A DNA stretch of 64,000 nt, taken from positions 23,746 through 87,745 of the forward strand of contig LNDT01000027.1 in the NCBI GenBank assembly GCA_001464715.1, given 5' to 3'. The notes beneath the pieces were generated by a model. The model saw nothing but the letters and a program-made list of their open reading frames with translations, ran no database searches and was not told the origin of the DNA. Within the stretch, counting starts at the first letter, position 1, and every line of letters starts with the position of its first letter. The translations under genes and the position numbers were made by a program. This DNA is from Bdellovibrionales bacterium Ga0074137. Lineage in GTDB: Bacteria > Bdellovibrionota > Bdellovibrionia > Bdellovibrionales > JAMPXM01. Shown piece after piece: positions 37,729 to 45,877 of this stretch.

Positions 37729-38523
37729 ATGTCAGAAGCGAAAAAACTTTCTCCGGAAACTAAGGTCGGTGGTCTCTTTCTCATCGCCGTCGCGTTTCTT
37801 ATCGGCTTCGTTTGGTACTTAGGGGCGCTCAACCCCTTCGCTTCCACCTACGAAGTGCGCGTCGGATACAACTACGCTGGCGGCGTGGAAGTGGGTTCAC
37901 CGGTTCGTGTGATGGGTATTAAGGTCGGAAAAGTCCAGTCGATCGAATTTACTCCAGAACAAAAGACGGCATCAGGCGAAGAGGTCAAATTGACCGTGGT
38001 TCTTTCGATCGCTCGAGACGCTTGGGAGACTGTAAGGACAGATTCGCGCTTTTTCATAAATTTGGCGGGAGTGATCGGCGAAAAGTTTGTCGAAGTGAGC
38101 CCCGGCTCGAGCGCGGCACCGAAACTCGAGCCAGGTTCGTTCGTTCGCGGTGAAGATCCGCCGCGCGTCGATCAATTGATCTCCCAAAGTTACGGTTTGG
38201 CCGGAAAAATCTTGGAAATGGTGGAAAAGAACGAAGGTTCTATCGTCGATACCATTGAAAAAATGAATTCCTTGGTCAGTAACCTCAACAAAACCCTCGT
38301 TTTGCTCGAGAAATCCTCGAAGAACAAAGAATTCACTCGCATCGTGACGAACGTCGCACAAATGACGGACGACGCGATCATACTTACTTCTAAGCTGCGC
38401 GGCCCGGAGGCGCAAAAGACGCTCGATCTTTTGCATCGGCTCTTGTGGCGTCTCGAACAGCTCGACGAGCCCGCGATTCGCAACTTCCTTCAAAAAGAAG
38501 GCATTAAAGCGAAGCTCTTCTGA
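37729..38523 (+). CDS. MCE-domain protein (MlaD-like)
   Basis: The ATG at 37729 has an AGGTGGG SD. N-terminal TM is VGGLFLIAVAFLIGFVWYL. The MCE beta-barrel motif is YEVRVGYNYAGGVEVGSPVRVMGIKVGKVQSIEF, followed by a helical C-terminus. Confidence 0.85.
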   Translation: MSEAKKLSPETKVGGLFLIAVAFLIGFVWYLGALNPFASTYEVRVGYNYAGGVEVGSPVRVMGIKVGKVQSIEFTPEQKTASGEEVKLTVVLSIARDAWETVRTDSRFFINLAGVIGEKFVEVSPGSSAAPKLEPGSFVRGEDPPRVDQLISQSYGLAGKILEMVEKNEGSIVDTIEKMNSLVSNLNKTLVLLEKSSKNKEFTRIVTNVAQMTDDAIILTSKLRGPEAQKTLDLLHRLLWRLEQLDEPAIRNFLQKEGIKAKLF

Positions 38524-40856
38524 TGTCGGTGTGGAAAAGGTTCGGCGACATTGAAGTCGTCCTATCTCTGGTGAGCGTTGCGCAGTTCGCCTGGATTATT
38601 TTGCTGGCACCGACGCTCTCGGTTTCAACGACGGCCCGAGATTCGACATTTATCTTAGCGGCCACTTTTTTGTTCGGCGGTATCGGCTTCCTCGTCTCGC
38701 GGATCCAAAACATAAAAGATGGCCAAAGCAAAACAGATGATTTGAAAACGGCTAAGCCCGAGAAGTGTGTGCCGTTTTATTTTTTAGTCCTGCTGGTCTC
38801 GCTTTGCGCGATTTCATTATTTTTGGACCAAACCGTAGCGCGCGAGAATCAGTTTCTGGGTACGGAATATTCTGGTGCCAGACGCACTATTTTGGACACC
38901 GTTGATTTTTTGACAATCGCGCTTGCGGTGGGCTTACCCGGCGGCGTGTATAGCTACTTTCTGGGAAGAGTTTTTTCCTCTTTCCCGCAAGCTGTACTGC
39001 GTATGTACACTTTCGAGCTCATCGGCGCTGTTCTTGGTGTTCTGGCTTCAATATTTATTTTAGACGCAGGTTCTTGGATAAAGGCGGCCACCTTCATGCT
39101 CGCCGCCGCTGGAACTGCGACGTGTTTCACTTACCGAAAAGAAGCGACCCGAACCCAGCTGGCCTGTCTTTTTTTAGTTGTCGTCTCGACAGCGTCTCTA
39201 CCAACACTTTTTGAACCTGGTGGACAAGTCGTTCGCCCAAAAGCTTCGATCGATGACAAACTTGAATTGCTCGAGCACAGCTGGACCTCTTACACGAAGG
39301 TTCAAAAAATTCGCTTCCAAGCCATTGATGGCGACCGCGAGATTCTGACCATCGGCAACGGCGTCTCGAGCGTTGGCCTTTCGAACTTCCGCAAACAAAG
39401 CATTCCGCTGTTCATCGCGATTCCAGCCTCGCTGAAGCCCCAACGCGTCCTGATTCTTTTCGCAGGGGCCGGGGGCGAGATCTTTTCCTACCGGCAAGCT
39501 CATCCTAGTGTTGAAAAAATAACGGGCATCGAACTGAACCCGAGGATCGTCGAGGAAGCTCGCAACGATGGTCGCTACAGCTTGCAGTCGTTCTTTGAAA
39601 CCTATGGGGATGAGCTCAGAATTGAAGATGCCAGGGTTTTTATCGAGCAAGCGCAGGGTGAGCTCTACGACCAGATTATATATTCGTGGAGCGGGTCGAG
39701 TGCCTTCGGTCACCCGGGAATTTTTCTTCAGACAACGTCCTACGCTTACACCTTTGAAGGTGTTCGCCGAGCCCTCGACCTCATTCGGCCAGGGGGCACA
39801 CTTGTTTTTTTGGGTGGACCGACCTACCAGGTCGCCTCCGTTTTGAAAACGGATCCGAAGGCTGATCTACGCAATTCCTTTTTGACGATCCGGCCCATGG
39901 GAACCCCGGACTTCGTTCTTGGATGGGATGACAGGGTTTCAATTTTCAAAAAAGGCGCGTTTTCAACGGCGGAGCTTTCCGGAGTGGTCCAAGCGGCAGG
40001 TCCGAGGGCTGAATTTGATTTTTTACCGGCTCTGGGTGTCGGTCGACGTGCCGCCTCGAGCCTGGAGCAATTTATCACTGACGGTAAAGAAAGCTTTGAT
40101 AGATTTCGGATTAGAGGTTCACCGCGAACAGACGATGCGCCGTATGTCTTCGACAATGTTGAAATCCTTCACTCGTCAGAGATCCTTAACTCCAACGCCC
40201 GGCTCATGTTCGGAATGCTCCTGGCGGCACTCTTGGCCGTCGTCATCAGTTTTTACGTGAAAACAAAGGTGCGTGCCGCGACCCTTGCCTCCTTCTTCGG
40301 GCGAACGGTGTTGATGGGCCTATCGTTTGCGCTTGTAAAATCCTTCGCGCTTTTCAAGGGCTCACTCTTTTTCGGGGATCCGACGGTGGCGTTGGCCGTG
40401 GTTCTTTGCGCCTCATTGTCGGGACAGATTCTCGGAGTTTTGCTTTTCGAACGATTTCGACTTTCAAAGTTCGCTTCATTCTATTTGATTCCTGGTCTCG
40501 GCGTCGCAGTTTGGTCCTGCTTTGGCATTTTGTGTACCAAGGCCAGTCCGTGGATATTTGATCAAGCTGTTGAGGCTCGAGTGCTCCTTCTCGGAGCCCT
40601 CATTCTTTTTGCGACTGCGTCATCGTCGGTCGTATTTCTTGGAATCGTTCGGGGAGCCGGCCGTCATCTCAGCGACTCGTCGGCGTCATTGGTCTTTTCA
40701 GCGGACCTATTAGCAAGTGGTGCCGTGATGATTTTCGCGCCACTCATAGTGAACGAGATAGGACTCATGAACACCTTGGGAATTGGGCTTACTGCGCTTG
40801 TGCTTTCAGCGCTCGAGTCGCTTCGCCGTCATCATCGCGACCTGAGGCCAGTTTGA
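38523..40856 (+). CDS. large polytopic membrane protein with a central spermidine-synthase-like (class I MTase fold) domain
   Basis: The ATG overlaps the mlaD-like stop (TGATG). Multiple TM segments flank the segment RVLILFAGAGGEIFSYRQAHPSVEKITGIELNPRIVEEARND..LRIEDARVFIEQAQGELYDQIIY..IRPGGTLVFLG. Confidence 0.65.
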   Translation: MSVWKRFGDIEVVLSLVSVAQFAWIILLAPTLSVSTTARDSTFILAATFLFGGIGFLVSRIQNIKDGQSKTDDLKTAKPEKCVPFYFLVLLVSLCAISLFLDQTVARENQFLGTEYSGARRTILDTVDFLTIALAVGLPGGVYSYFLGRVFSSFPQAVLRMYTFELIGAVLGVLASIFILDAGSWIKAATFMLAAAGTATCFTYRKEATRTQLACLFLVVVSTASLPTLFEPGGQVVRPKASIDDKLELLEHSWTSYTKVQKIRFQAIDGDREILTIGNGVSSVGLSNFRKQSIPLFIAIPASLKPQRVLILFAGAGGEIFSYRQAHPSVEKITGIELNPRIVEEARNDGRYSLQSFFETYGDELRIEDARVFIEQAQGELYDQIIYSWSGSSAFGHPGIFLQTTSYAYTFEGVRRALDLIRPGGTLVFLGGPTYQVASVLKTDPKADLRNSFLTIRPMGTPDFVLGWDDRVSIFKKGAFSTAELSGVVQAAGPRAEFDFLPALGVGRRAASSLEQFITDGKESFDRFRIRGSPRTDDAPYVFDNVEILHSSEILNSNARLMFGMLLAALLAVVISFYVKTKVRAATLASFFGRTVLMGLSFALVKSFALFKGSLFFGDPTVALAVVLCASLSGQILGVLLFERFRLSKFASFYLIPGLGVAVWSCFGILCTKASPWIFDQAVEARVLLLGALILFATASSSVVFLGIVRGAGRHLSDSSASLVFSADLLASGAVMIFAPLIVNEIGLMNTLGIGLTALVLSALESLRRHHRDLRPV

Positions 40857-40870
40857 ATCGGGCAAAAAAA

Positions 40871-40890
40871 AACCCTCGAAGTCGAGGGTT
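40871..40890. terminator. hairpin terminator, strongest for the minus-strand micro-ORF
   Basis: AACCCTCGA-AG-TCGAGGGTT has a 9-A run on its plus-strand 5' side, which is a U-run for a minus-strand transcript. It also lies 14 nt after the stop of CDS 38523..40856. Confidence 0.7.
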
Positions 40891-40919
40891 TCCGAAGTTT
40901 GACTTCTGAAAAGCTAGAA

Positions 40920-41009
40920 CTACTTCTTCGCTTTTTTAGTCGTTTTCTTCTTCGCAGCTTTTTTTGTAGTTTTCTTCGCTGCCTTCTTAGTTGCTTTCTT
41001 CTTTGCCAT
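40920..41009 (-). CDS. 29-aa lysine-rich micro-protein MAKKKATKKAAKKTTKKAAKKKTTKKAKK (below the ORF-track size cutoff)
   Basis: Manual reverse translation. The ATG at 41007-41009 has AAGGAG 7 nt upstream. The TAG stop at 40920-40922 is followed by the hairpin plus U-run at 40871-40890. 17 of 29 residues are Lys. Confidence 0.6.
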   Translation of the reverse strand: MAKKKATKKAAKKTTKKAAKKKTTKKAKK

Positions 41010-41094
41010 TGTCTCGCTCCTTCTGGATGAGTTCTCTTTGTTTGCTGACCACTCGGTGCGACTCACTTCGTGATCTGAAGACTTCCTTACGAAA

Positions 41095-41122
41095 AGGATA
41101 ACCTCACAACTTTTATCGTCAA
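41095..41122 (-). promoter_or_regulatory. candidate sigma70-type promoter for the Lys-rich micro-ORF
   Basis: On the minus strand TTGACG-(16 nt)-TATCCT lies about 85 nt upstream of the ATG. Pattern match only. Confidence 0.25.
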
Positions 41123-41217
41123 TAGAAAAAATAAACTTGAATACGATCTTTTGAGAAAAGTTCGATCGATATTCAGTCGAAGTCCGATTCTTGCGATGAA
41201 TTTCGTCGGAGGATCGA

Positions 41218-41997
41218 GTGCAAAGTGTCTTTGAGATGATGATTCTCGTGTGTTCGATCGTCGGACTTGTGTCCGTCGCGCATCTTGCGACTCTTTTTGT
41301 TCAATCGCGAGTCGTCAGCGCTCTCGACATGACAAAAATTGGCACCGGCAGTGTTTTGATCACGCTTCTTTCGTTTTTCGTGGGCCCACCGGACACGACA
41401 TCAAGTTTATTTCTGATTTGGTTTCAAATTCACGGACCCATCGCAGGCGGTCTTTTTTTCGCAATTCTCCTAGCAAAACGAAGAGATCGCTGTGTGGTCG
41501 AATCACTCGACGAAGTTCTTTCGCGTCTCATGATGAGAATGAAAGAGGGTCGATCGCTCGCGGTCGCACTTGAACTTGTGGTGAATGAAATTCGACCGAG
41601 TCTTCGTCCGCGATGGCACGAGATCGCGCGGTCTGTGTCTTTTTCACCACAAAAAAACGCGATCGCGATGGAGTTGAAGTCGATTCGTCTCGCGGAAATT
41701 GCGAACGAGCTTCGAAGAGTTGATCAGATGACACGTTCTCAACTTATCGAACTTGAAAGGTGGCGCGCGCGAGTTCGAACCGAGCGCGCATTCCGACGTA
41801 GGTCCGTACAAGCGATGGCGCAAGTGCGCGCTCAATCGATTGTTTTGAGCGTGATTTACGTTTTGATTTCAACTTTTTCGGTGACGGCCTTCGGGTGGAT
41901 GGCGACGAAAACACCTTTTCAGATCTCACTTCCCATTTTTATTGTCGGACTATTTGTCATTTGGCGCAGTGGAGGGCGCGTGAAATGGTCGGTTTGA
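41218..41997 (+). CDS. TadB-like (T2SS-F family) membrane protein, remote
   Basis: GTG start 4 nt after GGAGGA. It has N-terminal TMs. The segment DEVLSRLMMRMKEGRSLAVALELVVNEI and a later helical/TM part (RSVQAMAQVRAQSIVLSVIYVLI) fit the T2SSF pattern loosely. Confidence 0.45.
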   Translation: MQSVFEMMILVCSIVGLVSVAHLATLFVQSRVVSALDMTKIGTGSVLITLLSFFVGPPDTTSSLFLIWFQIHGPIAGGLFFAILLAKRRDRCVVESLDEVLSRLMMRMKEGRSLAVALELVVNEIRPSLRPRWHEIARSVSFSPQKNAIAMELKSIRLAEIANELRRVDQMTRSQLIELERWRARVRTERAFRRRSVQAMAQVRAQSIVLSVIYVLISTFSVTAFGWMATKTPFQISLPIFIVGLFVIWRSGGRVKWSV

Positions 41998-42455
41998 ATC
42001 CCGTTTTGCGATGTTTGATGCAAGTTGAAGAGGGATTGGAGCGCGGCCAGGCTGTGCGAGATGTGCTGCTGACGTGGATTGAGCGCCGAACTTTGTATCA
42101 TCAAGAGATTTTGCCCGAAGAAAGAGACCTTGAAGCGCAAATTCTCATCTTACTTCGGCGAATTGAGGCAAATGGACATGATGACGCGGTCTGGGATCAC
42201 TCGGATTCAGAGGCATCGCTTTTGCGGCAGTCCTTTTTCAACACTTTGATCTTTGGCATGGAAGGCCACTCTATTTTAGTGAGACTTCAGGAGCTGAGAG
42301 TTGAGATCGAGCAACAGTTGGAGTTGGACATGAAGGCTCACGTAGAAAGTCTTCCGCTAAAGATGCTTATCCCTCTACTGCTTTTCATGTTTCCAGCATT
42401 TCTCATACTTTTGCTTGGACCCATTACTTCGAATTTTCTGGAGGCACTGAAATGA
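41985..42455 (+). CDS. TadC-like (T2SS-F family) protein, short form
   Basis: The ATG overlaps the upstream gene by 13 nt. VEEGLERGQAVRDVL.. and the C-terminal LPLKMLIPLLLFMFPAFLILLLGPITSNF match the conserved T2SSF C-terminal TM motif. Confidence 0.45.
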   Translation: MVGLNPVLRCLMQVEEGLERGQAVRDVLLTWIERRTLYHQEILPEERDLEAQILILLRRIEANGHDDAVWDHSDSEASLLRQSFFNTLIFGMEGHSILVRLQELRVEIEQQLELDMKAHVESLPLKMLIPLLLFMFPAFLILLLGPITSNFLEALK

Positions 42456-42850
42456 TTCACTGGATATTTCTAATTTGTGGACTTGGTGTGACCCTGCTAC
42501 CGGCGGAATCGAGGGCGCTTACCGTCGGATCAATTCTTGAGTCTCCCGACCTTGAAAGTCTACGTCGGACCGTTTCACAAACGCAGCAAATGGGGCTTCA
42601 GAGGCGAGCTTGCGAAATACAGCGCCGCGAGGGGTTGGCCCCAACAGCGTGTTATGCGCTCGTCGAAAAATCTAACACTTCGGAATTTCGCATTCGAGAG
42701 CTCGATCGAGATTGTCGAAGAAATGCTTCGAAGGCCGCTCGCGTGCCTAAAATTGATGAGTCGACATCGGCGGTCTGTCGTGCGGCCATCGCCGCGCGAG
42801 ACCTTGATTTGGCCTACGCCGAGGGGCGAGATGCCTTGCGTTACCCTTGA
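42452..42850 (+). CDS. small secreted protein (132 aa)
   Basis: 4-nt overlap with the upstream gene. Signal peptide MIHWIFLICGLGVTLLPAESRA. Four Cys. Confidence 0.5.
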   Translation: MIHWIFLICGLGVTLLPAESRALTVGSILESPDLESLRRTVSQTQQMGLQRRACEIQRREGLAPTACYALVEKSNTSEFRIRELDRDCRRNASKAARVPKIDESTSAVCRAAIAARDLDLAYAEGRDALRYP

Positions 42851-42882
42851 GTCCCAGTTTGAAGGTGAGCTAACGTTTTCGA

Positions 42883-43116
42883 ATGGCATCAACAGATCTT
42901 TCGCAACTTGAACCTATTATTGATGAGCTTCTTTCAGGGGTCGCTGACTCAAAGGATGTGGCGAAGCGCCTCGCGGCTCTTGGTCACCCTGTAGTTCTTG
43001 ATCCAACAGAACAACTCCGCCTTGCGCTTCGACTTCTAGAGTGTCATGACGACGCGGTCGGCAGTGAAGGAAAACGCACCAAGGCGGTTCGTCCCCCAGA
43101 GGCGGAGTTGTCATAG
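42883..43116 (+). CDS. small acidic hypothetical protein (77 aa)
   Basis: ORF on the same strand as the preceding genes. No family recognised. Confidence 0.35.
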   Translation: MASTDLSQLEPIIDELLSGVADSKDVAKRLAALGHPVVLDPTEQLRLALRLLECHDDAVGSEGKRTKAVRPPEAELS

Positions 43117-43182
43117 TCTGAATTAGACGTGATGAACGAGAACCCGAACCCCGTTTTCAAATCCGACGGGAGTTTTAATATG

Positions 43183-44151
43183 ATACACGAAAATATACTT
43201 TCGGCGATCGGCAATACACCAATCGTTCGTCTTAGCCGCTGCGTCCCCGACAGCCCACACGAGTTCTTTGGTAAAATCGAGTATTTCAACCCCGGTGGAA
43301 GCATCAAGGATCGCATTGCGTTGTCGATCATTGAAGAGGCCGAAAAGTCAGGGCAGCTGAAGCCTGGCGGCACCATCGTCGAAGCGACCTCTGGAAATAC
43401 TGGCGTGGGGCTCGGACTTGTCGGTCTATTGAAGGGCTACAAATGTGTTTTTGTTATGCCCGAGAAGATCAGCGAAGAAAAACGCGCGGTCTTACGGGCT
43501 TACGGCGCAAAAGTCGTAATGACTCCGACCGGTCTTGCCCCCGAAGATCCGAACTCACATTACAGTGTCGCTCGACGGATCGTCGAAGAAACGCCGGGCG
43601 CATACCTTGCGAATCAGTATAATAATCCCGCCAATGTGCGGGTTCATTACGAGGTCACAGGGCCAGAAATCTGGAAACAGATGGACGGCAAGATCGACGT
43701 ATTTGTTGCCGGTATCGGAACGGGCGGAACGCTATCGGGTGTCGGGCGTTACTTGAAAGAAAAGAATCCGGCCATTAAGAACGTGTGCGCAGATCCGCAT
43801 GGCAGTATTCTTTATGATCTCTTTTATCACAAAGAGGTGCGAACACCTCCGGCGTCCTACCTTGTCGAAGGCATTGGCGAAGATATGCTTCCCGACAATG
43901 TTCATTTCCAATACATGGACGATTTTGTTCAAGTTGACGACAAAGAGTCGTTTCAAGCGTGTCGCGATCTCGCGGCGAAAGAGGGTTTGTTGATCGGTCC
44001 CTCGTGCGGATCTGCGTTCGCGGCGGCCGTGAAGTATTCTAAAACGCTGACAAAGCCGTCAAAGATTCTGGTTGTTCTTCCAGATGGTGGGCGCTCGTAT
44101 TTGAGCAAGGCCTACAACGATGCATGGCTCAAAGAGAAAAAGCTGAATTAG
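43183..44151 (+). CDS. PLP-dependent cysteine synthase / cystathionine beta-synthase family enzyme (no CBS-pair domain)
   Basis: IGNTPIVRL..YFNPGGSIKDRIAL..GGTIVEATSGNTGVGLG. I chose the ATG at 43183 (GGGAG upstream). The track start at 43129 is a GTG with no SD. Confidence 0.8.
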   Translation: MHENILSAIGNTPIVRLSRCVPDSPHEFFGKIEYFNPGGSIKDRIALSIIEEAEKSGQLKPGGTIVEATSGNTGVGLGLVGLLKGYKCVFVMPEKISEEKRAVLRAYGAKVVMTPTGLAPEDPNSHYSVARRIVEETPGAYLANQYNNPANVRVHYEVTGPEIWKQMDGKIDVFVAGIGTGGTLSGVGRYLKEKNPAIKNVCADPHGSILYDLFYHKEVRTPPASYLVEGIGEDMLPDNVHFQYMDDFVQVDDKESFQACRDLAAKEGLLIGPSCGSAFAAAVKYSKTLTKPSKILVVLPDGGRSYLSKAYNDAWLKEKKLN

Positions 44152-44187
44152 ATCTTAGAGAATTTAAGTGAGTTGAAGGAGAGTGCC

Positions 44188-45363
44188 GTGGCTTTAGAAA
44201 AAAATTGGTCGTCGAAAAACTACAAGTTTGAAACCCGAGCCATCCATGCGGGACAGGCTCCGGATCCAACGACCGGCGCAATTATGACCCCCGTTTACCT
44301 GTCGTCGACGTATGTACAGAGCTCACCAGGCGTGCACAGCGGTTATGAATACAGCCGAACACACAATCCCACTCGAAAAGCGTATGAAGCCTGCCTCGCG
44401 AATCTTGAAGGTGGGAAACATGGTTTCGCGTTCGCCTCGGGTTGCGCCGCTTCGACGACGATTCTGCATTTGGTGAAGTCGGGCGACCACGTGATTGCTG
44501 GTGACGATATGTACGGTGGCTCTTTCCGCCTGATGGACAAAGTTATTCGTCACAACGGCATCGACTTCAGTTTTGTCGATCTGACAAATCTAGAGAACTT
44601 CTCGAAAGCGATTAAGCCGAACACGAAGATGTTGTGGCTTGAAACTCCGACGAATCCCACGCTGAAGTTGGTCGACATCCGAAAGCTCAGCGCACTTGCT
44701 GCGGCCAAGGGAATCATGACCGTCGTCGATAACACATTCATGAGTCCCTACTTTCAGCGACCGCTGGAACTGGGTGCGACGATCGTCGTTCACTCGACGA
44801 CGAAGTACATCAATGGTCATAGCGACATTGTTGGTGGGGCTTTGGTCACGTCGGATGACGCTCTGGCAGAAAAAATTCAGTTCTTATCCAATTCGATGGG
44901 CGGAATTCAGGGCGCGTTTGATTCATTTTTAGCGATGCGGTCTTTGAAAACTTTGGCTGTGCGAATGAAAGCCCATGAAGAAGGAGCTGGCGCGGTCGCT
45001 CGCTACCTAGAGAAGCACTCGAAGGTCGAAAAAGTCATCTATCCTGGTCTCGCATCCCATGCACAACATGGATTGGCTAAAGAACAAATGTCGGGCTTTG
45101 GCGGAATGATCACATTCTACGTGAAGGGCGGTCTTTCAGGAGCGCGCGCGCTTTTGGAGAATGTAAAGATTTTTGCCCTGGCAGAGAGTTTGGGTGGTGT
45201 TGAATCGCTCATTGAGCATCCGGCCATTATGACTCACGCCTCGGTTCCTGCGGATGTACGAAAAACACTGGGAATCGATGATAGCCTTGTACGTCTCAGC
45301 GTCGGAATAGAAGATGTTGATGATTTAATGGGCGATTTAGCGCAGGCCTTGGGCAAAGTTTAG
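44188..45363 (+). CDS. cystathionine gamma-lyase/gamma-synthase family PLP enzyme
   Basis: GTG at 44188 lies after AAGGAG. FETRAIHAG..YSRTHNPT..HSTTKYINGHSD is the Cys/Met-metabolism PLP motif with the Schiff-base Lys. Confidence 0.85.
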   Translation: MALEKNWSSKNYKFETRAIHAGQAPDPTTGAIMTPVYLSSTYVQSSPGVHSGYEYSRTHNPTRKAYEACLANLEGGKHGFAFASGCAASTTILHLVKSGDHVIAGDDMYGGSFRLMDKVIRHNGIDFSFVDLTNLENFSKAIKPNTKMLWLETPTNPTLKLVDIRKLSALAAAKGIMTVVDNTFMSPYFQRPLELGATIVVHSTTKYINGHSDIVGGALVTSDDALAEKIQFLSNSMGGIQGAFDSFLAMRSLKTLAVRMKAHEEGAGAVARYLEKHSKVEKVIYPGLASHAQHGLAKEQMSGFGGMITFYVKGGLSGARALLENVKIFALAESLGGVESLIEHPAIMTHASVPADVRKTLGIDDSLVRLSVGIEDVDDLMGDLAQALGKV

Positions 45364-45431
45364 TTATTTGACAGGGCCTTCGCGGGTGCGATAGCCCTAG
45401 CGCCTCTTGAACAGCAGTTTTCAGCTTGTTC

Positions 45432-45507
45432 GGCCAGGTAGCTCAGTCGGTAGAGCAATGGATTGAAAATCCATGTGTCGGCGGTTCGATTCCGTCCCTG
45501 GCCACCA
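45432..45507 (+). tRNA. tRNA-Phe (anticodon GAA), CCA encoded
   Basis: Manual cloverleaf: acceptor GGCCAGG/CCTGGCC, D arm GCTC-AGTCGGTA-GAGC, anticodon arm ATGGA-TTGAAAA-TCCAT, variable loop GTGTC, T arm GGCGG-TTCGATT-CCGTC, then ACCA. 76 nt. Confidence 0.95.
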
Positions 45508-45513
45508 TTTTTT
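45497..45513 (+). repeat. direct repeat copy 1 (tRNA-Phe 3' end plus T-run): CCTGGCCACCATTTTTT
   Basis: The identical 17-mer recurs at 45711-45727. Confidence 0.8.
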
Positions 45514-45710
45514 CTTCGTTTCAATTTTCGGTTTTGCGCGAGGTTTTGCGACTTCGTCTTCGCTTTTCGTTCCAGGGACGGGCGGACTTGAGGGCATCGA
45601 GCCCTCAAGTCCTAGGCGGGCGCGGATCGCTCCCGACTTCGTCGTACGCGACCGCTTCCGCATGCGACGCGCGAAAACGCGCCACTGGCGCGTTTTCCCG
45701 CATCGCACGG

Positions 45711-45727
45711 CCTGGCCACCATTTTTT
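45711..45727 (+). repeat. direct repeat copy 2: CCTGGCCACCATTTTTT, an att-like duplicate of the tRNA-Phe 3' end
   Basis: Perfect 17-nt match to 45497-45513, 214 nt downstream. The flanks differ (CACGG versus CCGTC upstream). Confidence 0.8.
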
Positions 45728-45877
45728 TTCCCGTGGGCCTCCGACTTCGTCGATCGGTTGGTTGGGCTGCTGACTTTGTCAGGCCGCTCCTGCGACTTCG
45801 TCGATCGGCCGCTTCTGACTTCGTCAGTCGCTTTTTTGTTTTGATGAGTTTGGGTGTGGGGGTGATAGCCTTCGGAT

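Noticed and set aside
37972-38493. 173-aa minus-strand ORF. The same reasoning applies to 39198..39713 (-), 52610..53146 (-) and 59814..60341 (+).
   Set aside because: Each is antisense to a CDS with family-level motifs (MlaD-like, the 777-aa membrane protein, the YfcH-like epimerase, the SDR epimerase).
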